Of a stretch of 64,000 bases of DNA, positions 13,206 to 24,871 are shown in pieces. Each line of letters opens with the position of its first letter. Positions within the stretch are counted from its first letter, which is position 1. The position numbers and the translations under genes are program-made. The notes below the pieces were generated by a model. It saw nothing but the letters and a program-made list of their open reading frames with translations. It was not told the DNA's origin and ran no database searches. This DNA comes from Lingula anatina (lineage: Eukaryota; Animalia; Brachiopoda): contig CM120649.1 in assembly GCA_051362555.1 (NCBI GenBank), positions 19,296,567-19,360,566 on the forward strand, given 5' to 3'.

Positions 13206-14319
13206 TATGAATGTCTTGGGAACAGATGGCCCTAAATATTTGTTCCAATCCAATAACGATATAAGCTCTGGGTATTTTTTATGATAAAATAATTACACCA
13301 GCAGAGTCATATGTTGCAAGTCTAACAGGTTGTGATTAAAATGACACAATATCAGCAGCAAAGTTCGAGTTACATTCGGTGCGGCAATGTTACAATAACA
13401 TGCATGCATATATGGTCGCTGATTTTAGGAAGGAAGCTGTTTTTTTTTTTTTTACAAAAAAAAGATCATTTAAAATGTAAAGCCAAATAAAAATTCATTT
13501 TGGAATGTTTATTGTGGACAAAAAACTGAGCTGCTCTTGTTGCAGAATGATGAAAAAAAGGAAATGAAAGACTGAAGAAATATAAAATTAATAATCAAAA
13601 GGACATAAGAAAGCAAAAATATTATATAGGCAGAAGATTTAATAACACTGAGCTCAAGTGGGGAAATGAGGAAAATAAATGAATATAAAAATAATGGAAC
13701 AATACAAAGCTTTTAACAAAGACCTAAAGTATACTTTTCGAAGATCCTATTAAATGAAGCAAGGTGACGCTATATCTGTATTGTAGGAAGAAAATACCTT
13801 TTTCGGTTTTGGTATTTTCTCTAATACTAAGACAGCTATCAAAGTGATCAAAACAACAGTATAAAGCTTGATGACATCACTACAAAAGGACATTATAAAA
13901 TTTTCTCAATGACTTTTCTTCCTTCTGATATTAGTGGATTTTATGTGCACATTATTCTGAACTGTTCACAGCAAAAAACGACAACAAACAATTTTCGACA
14001 ATCCCCGCTTTCTATCTATAATATCACTGTGAGGATGTCTTGTGATTGTTTGATATTTCCAACCCAGTATTAACAGATGAATGTGATTGTTTGGTTTTTC
14101 CAACCCAGTATTAACAGATGAATTATTCAGATTTCTACTGGCAATTGTGGTCAAAAGTTTGAGTCAAGGCAGCAGATAAATACATAGCATTTGGGAAGCC
14201 AAGATAGAAATCTTAAGTCAAGGGAAAAAGACTCATCAATTTTCAAGGAAGTTAGATAAGATCGCAAGTTTATGTGTAAGAGAGCAAAAGCCAAAATATC
14301 TGGCCACATCTTTGCCACG

Positions 14320-15771
14320 ATGGCAAAACTTATGACGTGTGTGACTTGGTTTACTGGGCTGTATACAGGCTTGTTGCTGGTGTATGTGTCTGTGTACTGG
14401 GAAGGTAATGTGTTTTATATTATAGACTGATATCATGTTTTATCAATTTAAATGCTGAACTCAGCCTTGAAACTCTCTCTGTCTCTCTCAGCACAGATTT
14501 GTACACACGATGACCTAGTTTCCTGCCTACCTCAATCAGCACCGATACAGAATCATGGATTGTTTAATATATATGACACCATATTAATGTTTTCAGTGGA
14601 CGTCATCTCTTTTACCAATGTGCCAACGATTCTTAGATGGACCAACATGTATCGCCGTGTATCGACGCCACCTGCAACAGTGGAAGTCACACGTGGTCCA
14701 GAATCTGTGACTGAGTCGCCCCCTGTCGAGATAAAAGTATCTGATTCTTTGGAATTTTTTCCTAAAATGACCAGCATAAAACCGTCATTGCCTGTCAAAA
14801 CCTCAATGACACTTGCCAGCGAGGCAACCACTGTGTCTGCTGTCAGTAGGCCCACGGCGTCTCCGACCACTGGAGTACTCATTTTTGGCTATTATCGATC
14901 AGGGTCGTCATTTATTGGTGAAATGTTCAACCGAAATCCAAATGCTTTATACATATTTGAACCATTGTTCAACATAATAAACGCGCAACAGCCTAAAGCC
15001 AGTGACATTGCTTTCTTGAATGGAACAAAGATGAGTGCAGACGATGTAGGAACGCAGAGAATATTTTTTCACAGTTTGATTGGTCTATTTGATTGTGATA
15101 CGTCACGGATCCCTTTGTCTGTACTATGGAGTCGGATGTATATCAACAAGGACCGCATGATGCACGTGAGGAGTTTTACACACTGCACTAAAATAAACAC
15201 AGTGAAAAATGCCTCATCCCCGTGTTTGGCAATTTACAAAGACATTTGCGAAAAAGCAACGGTGAAAGCCATTAAATGCGTACGTCTAAATGATATAAAT
15301 ATTGCTGAGAATTTTTTACAAACTAACCCAGGAATCCGCGTCATTCATTTGTTGAGGGATCCACGAGGCGCCTTGTCGTCTGGTCTTACTACGGGGGCTT
15401 TCAGAAGTGTTGGAGCAAAGCGCGCCGCACTAGACTTATGTGAACGTATGAAAAACAATCTTGTCAACGGACGTCGAATTCAAAAACGCTACCCAGGGCG
15501 TTTCTTTGAAATACGGTACGAAGATGTGGCAGAAAATCCATTGAAAATGATATCATACGTTTACAAAGTTCTTTCCCTCAGTATAACAGAAGATATCAAG
15601 CAGACATTTATGCGACTGGCAAATGGAAGTAAAGCTGACGGTGCTTACGGGACTGTCCGAACAGATTCTAACGCTACTGCGCATGCCTGGAAGACCAAAA
15701 TCAATCCCGAAGTTAAGCAAACTATTGATAGTATTTGCGCCGACGTATTACAGTTGGTAGGGTACGCATAA
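14320..15771 (+). CDS. Carbohydrate sulfotransferase copy F (most diverged); exons 14320-14404, 14597-15771
   Basis: Exon 1 MAKLMTCVTWFTGLYTGLLLVYVSVYWE; YYRSGSSF and RDPRG motifs intact. Confidence 0.9.
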
Positions 15772-16765
15772 CTTAGTTCAGCGGCATTAGGAGAAGAGAC
15801 ACCAGATTCATTTTAAGGAATGGTGATGATAAAATGTTTGTTTATAAATTTATCTCTTTTAGTAATTTCTTCACGCTTCTTTTATCTCTCTCTTTCAAGG
15901 TATCCAAAAGAGGATTTTCGCACCAAAATTCATATTTGGGATTATGTGCATTAATTAGAGCAATAGCAGGTCATACAGATTTTAGAGGCACATAATGACA
16001 GGTAGATCTTTTAAACACCCTGTAAATGTCAAAACGTTCCTTACCCTCCTAGGTTTACACACCTTGGAGCACTAGGAGCTGGAAAGCGTTTTTATTTTTT
16101 ATTTTTTTTAAGTTTCTAGTTACTCAGTCACTGTTGCCATGGAGACTTGCAAATATCACTTGTGAAGTTTGATAGATATTTGGTTTATTGTGTAGATATT
16201 TAGAGCGGGTCTATAGATGGTTAACGAACCTATTTTATATTCGCAGTACCTTTAAATTAGTTGAGTTGTACTTTTGTGGGCAGAAACACATACTTTAAAA
16301 GATGTGGAGGTATTTGGTATACATCCCTAAACAAACAGTAAATCTAGTTAAAACCTGTCAAATAGACCAACTTTCTAACGAAATGAACGTAAGTTTTCGG
16401 GGAAGGGGATATGTATTATGCATTACTTTGTTCTTTAAGCATTTTAAAGCATTTTGAAGCATTTCTGTTACATCTTTTTTTTATACTCGGAATCTCAATA
16501 AGGTCCATTCTCACAAATCGTGAGCTGAGAATTTTAAAACTGGAAAGTCAGAACTGCGATTTGTAGAACCCTTTTATTCGTCAAAGCAATATTGTGAAGG
16601 AGGTGTATATAAGACGACTAACAGAATCTTGACAAAATCAAGAAAATGATGCCCACCACAGTTCATATAGGTGTATTGTTTTTATTAAACAAAGTCTGAG
16701 AGAAAAGACTTGCCACTGAAAGGATGGACCGGTGGAAGAAAGTTCAAGGGCCGTGAACATGTGTT

Positions 16766-17134
16766 TTAAGCCTCATTCTGTTCTGGGGGATTCATCTCGG
16801 GGTCAAATTCTTCACTGTCTATCTTGCCATCATTGTCCATGTCCATGGACTCAAACTGGTCTTCGACAGCTTCTTCCCCGCCAGTGGCAGCGTCGAACTC
16901 TTCCTGGCTAATGAACCCGTCTCTGGAACGTAAAATTTGATATTTCAATTTAATTTCTACACAAAACCTGATCGCTGACTAGCTTGTTACTCGAGATTTC
17001 GAATTAGAATAGTTGTGAGTGACAAAAAAGATTCATAAGATGATCAATTTGCTCAGAAAATTGACATCAGCGGTATGAATATATGTAGGCAGAAAGTGAG
17101 CAGCTCTATTTCCTATTTGCTAGGATTCGTTTCT

Positions 17135-17173
<39 letters not shown>

Positions 17174-17952
17174 CTGAAACTGAATACCTGTTTTTGCATT
17201 ATCATGTTGTTGTCTAGGGGTATTAAACGGCAACTATCTGTTACAAGATTGTATCAAAACGTAGACCAAATAGTAGACTCAATGCCCTAAGACGGAAGTA
17301 CCAAATTATTTGTTCAATTCTTTTAACGTTTTAAACCGTGGATATTTTTATAATAAAAGAATACACCATCAATGTCGTGTTGCATTGCGAGCTTTGAATA
17401 AAATTTATTTATAAACTCATTTTATTCTTATTGTATATCCTTTATTTTACGTAAAAATTTTCATTTGTAATTTTTATTCTAATCCAGTTTATGTACAACT
17501 TCAAGCTTTTGGTAGCCATGTATTAGTCAGGAGCGGATTAAGGCCGTCTTTTCAAGTTTACATTGATAGGTATCTATTTTTTCTGTCGGAAGCCGGTCAA
17601 AAATGGAGGATGGATCAACAAAGTTAGTTTGGAAAACTGCCAAAACTATCTCTGAATCCGACCCTGTTAGTAGACTTACTATTATTATTACTTTTATAAA
17701 ATGACGCAATATCATCAGCGGATCTCGAGTTACATCCGATGCGGCAATGCTACAAGGATTAAAATGCATGTTCTTGGGTCAATACGTTCACCTGACTTAC
17801 CCGTCGGTGTCAATGGATTTGAAGGTTTCATCCATACTCTGATTGCTCTGGTCACCCGAGTCTTGTCTTTTGGTTACAATTCCTGCCCTGGTTTCTTGGA
17901 GAACAACAGCTATCACACAAGCCGCAATCAGCAGTTTTACTAGGGAACCCAT
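16766..17952 (-). CDS. Small secreted acidic protein with two EF-hands (~102 aa); exons 17952-17801, 16922-16766
   Basis: MGSLVKLLIAACVIAVVLQETRA signal peptide, then GIVTKR|QDSG; phase-2 splice rebuilds EF loop DTDGDGFISQEE; second loop DMDNDGKIDSEE; AATAAA on - strand near 16680-16685. Confidence 0.85.
17528..17666. mobile_element. Diverged CAGGGG-TIR MITE, opposite orientation, independent insertion
   Basis: caggagcggatta...tgaatccgaccctg flanked by TTAGT on both sides. Confidence 0.7.
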
Positions 17953-19519
17953 GTCTGAAAGAACAGAAAACCACATATATTTCCATTTCTCTCTCTCTCA
18001 ATAAATCTCTTTACTAGACTTTACTCTTTACTAAAATGAAACGTATACATTGAGAGAAAGAGATAACCCCCCTCAACTTTTAGACATAGCATAATGAATC
18101 CATTTCTTTAAAAAGTAAAAAAAAAAGTGGCTGGGTGAGAATTCCAAACAGCCTATAATAGACACAAATGTAACAGCACGTCATATGACAATAAAGGGTT
18201 ACTTAAATTGAAATAAGATTTAATTGTTTTTACAATTGCAACAACAACAACAACAAACAACTCTCTACATGGCCCAGTGTTAACTACAGAACAACACAAC
18301 TGCAAAACACCATCCCAGCAAACATGGCACGTGTTTTGACATAACCATAACCTTTTTAGTTAAATAAACATTGTCCTTGTATTATTCTCATGATATTATT
18401 TTGCTGGGATAGAATGTGGCAAACTTTTTGTGGAAATCAGTCTATCTTACTTGCTTTTATATCAAAAAGAAAATCACACAGCAAACTTGAAATTGACTAA
18501 AAATACATTCTTTCTCTTGTAGGGCGAATGCCAACAACGCACGCGCAAAAACATGTTTTTCGTAAATTAATCCGACCATGCCTATTTTCGAAAGAAAGCT
18601 GCCTTAATTCTTGCAACAAGTCTGAAATAAAAGGGTGTGCTTTATTACTTAATTATGGGAAGAACATCACCAAAATTCATTTTAAAAAAATCCTATCAAG
18701 CTGATTTTAGAAAGAAACCTCTCTTTCTTACCAAAAAGCCAATAAAATGTAAAGTCAATCGAAAACTGTTTGAAAAAGTTTAGTGTGAACAAAAAACTTA
18801 TCTGTTCTCGCGACATAATGGAGAAGGAAAAGAAAGAAAAATTATGATTGGATAAAAATTTAAAAGCAAAAGGACAGAAGAAAATTAAAGATATATGCAA
18901 AGTTTTTCAAAGAACTGAGGAAAATAAACGAACAAGAAATAATGGAACAATTAATATTTTAAAGAAAGAGATAACTTATACTTTTCAAAGACCATTATAT
19001 ATAGGCCTAGTAAGTTGACGCCGCATCGGTATGTTGGGGAGAAAATAACTTTATTTTCGGTTTCGGTATTTTCTCTATCATCAAGCCAGCAGCAAAATTA
19101 CTAAAACGACGATATACAGGTGAATTACAACACTACAATAGGACATCACAAAATTCTCAAAAATGACTTTTCTTTCTTTTGATTTTAGTGGATTTAAGGT
19201 GCACATTACACTAAACTATTCACTGCAAAAAGAGATAACAAACAATTCGACCATTCCTGATATCTATCTATAGTCCATACACTTTCTAATAATTAGTCTT
19301 CTTTCGTATAAGACTACCTATTTGAAATTGCATCAGTGTGCAACAATATGGATCATTTTTGACAGCAATGAGCTGCTGAAATAGGAAATAAATTATGAAT
19401 CTATCTATATTTATATCAGTACAGTTTCATAAATAGAAAACTATTATTAACTCCGTAGCATAAACTCTACCTTCACGTCTTTCTTGTGCATCATCAAACG
19501 TTTCAAATAATTTTCTTAC

Positions 19520-19620
19520 CTGAATATGCGACAGCCTGTTGAATACAGTGTTTCTGGTGTTCAGATCAACGTCGAATCTTACAACAAACAACGAGCGAGA
19601 GGTTTGCCTATATTTATATT
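19520..19620 (-). promoter_or_regulatory. Putative TATA box and non-coding first exon of the EF-hand gene
   Basis: TATAAATA on - strand near 19610-19618, followed about 90 nt later by donor cag|gtaag at 19520/19519; acceptor tttcag lies 2 nt before the ATG. Confidence 0.5.
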
Positions 19621-19850
19621 CAGTGGGATGGTAAAGTGTGCTTTTTGCAAAACGCTCGATGCCTGCTGGTGGTAATCACACCAGCATGTGCAGTAGAACA
19701 AAATCGCCCTGAAATGAGTAATAAAATGGCTTTTTTCAAAAAAAAGTTCAAAGCAATTTTGACAAAAAGTACCTGCAGTTGTATTTCTGTCTGTTTGATA
19801 TTGCAAAAAAGATATTAACTGCGCAATTTCATCGATGTTGGTTCAATTAG

Positions 19851-20058
19851 GGGACCATTCCCATAACCCTGTCGTACTAGCAGGATCGCTCTAACTCCGA
19901 GGGGATTCTCGATAAAGTGCATTCACTGTTAGCGTGTGCGATTACCCCCTAGCAGCTTCAGTGGGCGTGACATTAAAGTCGTTTAAACTGAATGCAATCT
20001 AGTTAGAATCCTCTCGGACTTAGATCGATCCAGCTAGTACGATAGGTTTATGGGAACC
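19851..20058. mobile_element. Palindromic MITE (Harbinger-like family)
   Basis: ttcccataaccctgtcgtactag...ctagtacgataggtttatgggaa imperfect inverted arms; related to 42602-42851. Confidence 0.6.
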
Positions 20059-20254
20059 CTGTCTTGGACACGAGCAATTGTAACCCAATACCGATTTCCA
20101 TAGCTTTTATTTGTCAGAGGTGGAATATAAATTTTGGGTGAAAACACTGCCCTTGAATATGTCCAAGATTGCGACTGGGTTAGATAAATGGGACCCGTTA
20201 CTTGTAACCTTGACGAACAAATTATTAATTCGATGCAGGACGATATAGGAACAC

Positions 20255-20494
20255 TGACCAGATGGTTTTAAAAAATGGTAGAGTGCTGGCCTCCTGTGCA
20301 TTAGGTCGTGGGTTCACTCCCCTGCCGGGTCATGCAGGTACCTACTGGTTCCTTGCTTAACACTCAGCATATAAAGGTTGAAGTAGGGAACAAATCCAGT
20401 ACTGTTATATGACTGGTAACAGAGGGCCATGTGGAAGATAAGCTTACGCTTCACTTGTTACCCTCTTAAATAAAGTTCAAAATAAAAAAATAAA
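20255..20494 (+). mobile_element. tRNA-derived SINE
   Basis: A-box-like tggtagagtg and B-box gggttcactccc, 3' aataaa-repeat tail, AACAC duplicated at both ends. Confidence 0.65.
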
Positions 20495-20602
20495 CACAGA
20501 ACATTGTTTTCCACAATCTGATTGGTCTTTTTGGTTGTGATACGGCACGTCACATACCCCTTTATCAAAACTACAGAATACTAAGGAGTCTAATTCACAT
20601 AT

Positions 20603-20768
20603 AAAATGTCACAGGCCCAGTCCCAATCCAGGTTTATTCTAAATCCACTAATCCTGTAAATTACTTAATGTATAAAGCTGTGCTGCTTTTAACAATTAAC
20701 GCATTATGCCATATTGAGATTAGTGGATTTAGAATATACCTGGATTGGGACTGGGCCTGTGACATTTG
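20603..20768. mobile_element. MITE with ~50-bp inverted termini
   Basis: aaatgtcacaggcccagtcccaatccagg..ctaaatccactaatc / gattagtggatttag..cctggattgggactgggcctgtgacattt. Confidence 0.7.
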
Positions 20769-23700
20769 TCTTAATATATAAAGACCGCACCGTGCACGGT
20801 TGGCGTTGTGCACAGTGCACCAGAAAAAAAAGCAATGCCTTAACACCCCCCCCCCCCCCCCATTTCGACAGTTTACAAGGTAACTTGCAAACTAACGGTT
20901 GAATCATTTAATGTATTAGTGTAACTGATACGGATATTGCTCAGAAACTTTGGGGAAAAAAGTACATTGCACCCATGAAAATGTCATGTCCAGCCTCGTT
21001 TTGATAGCTAGATTTTGCTGCGATAACAAACTTTACTTTTCAGCATTTTCAAAAACATCATATTGAATAATGATGGACAGTTCTAATGTTCGACATTAAT
21101 TAACATGTTTGTTGACTCAAAAAAATATCGATACATTCCACTTTATTAGATTTTCTCTTGCAAGACAATGTCAAACACGGCAGAACTTTTGTCCTGCTAA
21201 CCATAACAATAAATCGACAAGCATTTTCTCCTCTCCGGCCCATCATATAATCATGAGCACCCTTACTATAACGTAATCCACGCCACAGCTCACAGTGTAG
21301 TACAGAAAGATCTGCATCTCTTTTTTTCTGAATAAGTTTCACAACATTCGTTCGTTTATTTGTTTCTTTATTTTAATTATATTTCTGTCTCCCTCTGTTT
21401 ACTCCTATATTTTCTTGCAAATGTTGAAAAATACTTCTCGTTCTGGTAGACCGAATTGGCAAAAAAAAAGAACAAAAAGATAATGAATAATATTATAATA
21501 GAATAACCCTTTTTCAAGTAGAGTAGACTTTGTATTTACTGCCATGTCTAAATAAACATGTTGCACCGTGTAACCGGGACACATTGAAAGACACTTAACA
21601 AAATAAACTTGGTTTTTGTTAGTTTTTTGTTTATATTGCATCAAATGAAACATAATCTGCAGAATCATGGTTAACTGCTCCATTCGGAGGACATAATAAG
21701 TGAACTCGTTACTTTAATTCACTCATTGACACCCGCGATTATGGCTTTGATGGGCTGAACAAAATTAAAAGAACCACCAAGCAGAAAATCTATCGATGGA
21801 AATTATTATAAAAACTCCAACTAAGGGATCAGTGGACCACTTTAAAGAGATCGCATTCTTTTCAATGGAACTTCTGCACGCGAACTTGTTTACGTCACTT
21901 GAATTACTTTAAAAAACAAGTCTTTTTCTCATTTAGTATTATTTTACCATCTTTAAACATTACATCATGTGCAGTCTTCCCCAAAGGCAAACATTAGGTG
22001 AAAACAGGTGTACAGAAGAATCTAATACCGCGTGTGTATAGAATGCCCCCTTTCTAGTCCCCGTGTTGTCGTTTCACGATTCTTTACCCCAGAGAACCCA
22101 CTGAAAACGTTTTCTTTTCCGCTTGACCGCCACAATAGTTAAGAGTTGAATTTACTGCGCTTTTCCCTCTATTTTCTCCAATTCACTATGGCCAGAGAAA
22201 ACCAGGGGGTTTTCAATAAGGCTGTGATTAGCGTTCGATCGATACTTAAGTCACACCTGTTGTTAATCCTCTAACTGAGCCCTTTATAAGAACGCATTCA
22301 GGCACAAGGACCCGAGTCATGGATATCTGTGTGCCATTAAAACCGTATTCATGTGCTGGCGTTGTTTATGAGAACTGAGAGGCCAAGTTAGTGTATAACA
22401 GAACGCCCAGTGGGTTGATTCTCGTCTGGTTAAGGGCCCTTGGTTACGGTACACTACTTGGCTTTAATAAACTCTAAGTCTTTGAAAATCGAAGTTATGC
22501 CAGTGCAAGAGGACGGAAACTGAGGCAAGAGCTTTTGGTGTACTTCATACACGGTGGAGAAGTGACTTTAACAGGACGGGTTTGGGGATTTACTGCTGTA
22601 TAAATTGTATAAATTGCCGGTGGGGATATACAGTGTACAATACGCCATTGCCGTCAACAGGACTCAGGTAAAGTAACAGGTGAGGTGTGAGGGTTGAGTT
22701 AGAGACGTTATTACCTAGCAGTGCGTGACAATGTCTGTATAATTGGGTAGGACTAGTTCTTTCTGTGTGATGTAGAAAATGTACATATGATATTTTGGGA
22801 TTTATTTGAAAAAGACTGTGTTAAGGGTACGTACATTGTATATGACAATCATCTCTCTCTTCCATTTTTTTCTCCTTCAACCCCCTCTCTCTCTCTCTTC
22901 TTCTTCTTCTTCTTCTTCTTACTGAAACTACCTGTCAGAGGTGTTCCACGACTGTCATAGGTATATAATAATGACATTATAACAGGTGCTCCCAGCTTTA
23001 CTACAATATATCAATTACACACGTGAACATACTGGTATTGTGCCCAATTACATACACACGTGGCATCACAGGAAGCTTGTATTCATCATCATCACTACCT
23101 GGCCTGGTCTTGTTTATTTCTGTTCTTATTATTTATTTCTTCTTTGTTTTAAGGAAGTTATGATTGTCATATACTCAGTATAATACATCCAGGCGCTGAA
23201 ATACACGGTGAATACTAACACATTTCTGTACGTCGTGTTCTATGAAGAGACAATTTCTATGTGGGAGTTGACTTCATCAACACAACATGGCATTTCAGGC
23301 TAAATGTATTCATCAATATGAAGAAAAGTAAGGAGAAGACAAACAATAACATTTAAAAGCTCTCAAATGTATCTACCCCAAGGCAATGCATTTGGATCAA
23401 CAGAATTCCATCAATTCTATTTAGTATGGCGTAAGAGGCACAATAATAGACCGACCCCCTTCCTCTAATCGACCGACATCTAAATCAAGCCTAAAAGCTG
23501 ATCGTTCAACAAGACAAAACAAATATCAGTGAAGTTATCAGATTTATTAGGTACACGACAAACAATTGTATGGCAGGGCTTAGGTATTGATTCGGTTTAT
23601 ATTCAGCTTAGGAAACGATCCTGTCGGGTCCCCCTTGTCTTGATTCATCCACAATTGAATGCAATGTGGTTGTAATTGAATGTAAAACATTTTAGTGGAG

Positions 23701-24652
23701 GAAAAAAGCACCAACAACGTCCAGGTAATGGAATAGATATTGTTCTGTTGAAATCTTTCAAAGCAAGACAGTTAATTGTGCAGATAAACATTGATTTAGC
23801 ATCAAAGAGTCGATAGGACGGTACACGCAGGCAGGCAAGGTGAAAATGAACAGTAAGTCTGAATCACCAAGTCAGCCTTGAACGGGTATACGCAATATCA
23901 GCATAGAGTATACCGCAGGAAAAAAGACTTGAAATGTTTATATGAGGGCAAACTGTCGCGTGTCACCGGCGGATTGGAGCCTCTAAATTATGGAATACAC
24001 TAGAGAAGAAAATTATTATTATTATTATTATTATTAAACGCAAACCTGGAATATAACATTTAAGATTTACTTCGACTCACACATGTAGCTCAACGTACTA
24101 ACAACTTAGCCTAAACCAAGTATCTTTAAGTATCTCTATAACCATCAAGTAAATTTAACCATAGTTAAATAGTTATACACAAAATTAGGGACCGCACTGA
24201 TGGCTAGAAAGTCATATTCAGGATAACGGGTCGTGTTATAGTCATTGGTATATGTAGTTTGGAATACAGCTGCACTGTAGATTTAGTGACGTTAAATATT
24301 TTATAAAAGCACTAGAAAAATAAATTGCTGTCTACCTTCATGTACGTTAATCGCTTTACAGAACGCTGTTGTTTTGTTCATACTGCAAAAAGCAGAGTCA
24401 CAGCGAGGAATAGTTGGTACAGCAGTTGGTAAAGGGAGTCATTATTACAGCTGTGACTGTATTCTCTTGTTCGTGCAGCAGAGAAAGGGAGAGAGAGCTG
24501 ATATCAGTTTGACAGCAGAGTGAATTTTCCACAAAATTAAATCCTTCTTACGTCAAGTGCAGGCTGTATGGGCTGCTACAATAACAACGCTGTTTACGAC
24601 CAGTCTATTATTCATTCCTTAGCTCACATATTGTTGTCAAGTGCACAGGTAG

Positions 24653-24871
24653 ACCTTGTGCAGTCTTTGTGGAGTTAAAACCTTGTGCAGTCTTTGTGGA
24701 GTTAAAACCTTGTGCAGTCTTTGTGGTGTTAAAACCTTGTGCAGTCTTTGTGGTGTTAAAACCTTGTGCAGTCTTTGTGGTGTTAAAACCTTGTGCAGTC
24801 TTTGTGGTGTTAAAACCTTGTGCAGTCTTTGTGGTGTTAAAACCTTGTGCAGTCTTTGTGGAGTTAAAACC
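24653..24871. repeat. 27-bp minisatellite, ~8 copies
   Basis: aaaaccttgtgcagtctttgtgg(t/a)gtt tandem units. Confidence 0.95.

Larger units (their letters stand above)
20130..20955 (+). pseudogene. Highly decayed sulfotransferase relic interrupted by a SINE and a MITE
   Basis: Collinear matches to CHST exon 2: gacgatataggaacac (~20240), ttccacaatctgattggtctttttggttgtgatacg (~20510), aaagaccgcaccgtgcacg..tgcacagtgcaccaga (~20780), aatcatttaatgtatt..atattgctcagaaa (~20900). Confidence 0.7.

Noticed and set aside
20255-20330. tRNA gene
   Set aside because: Degenerate cloverleaf followed by a non-tRNA body and A-rich tail; better explained as a SINE
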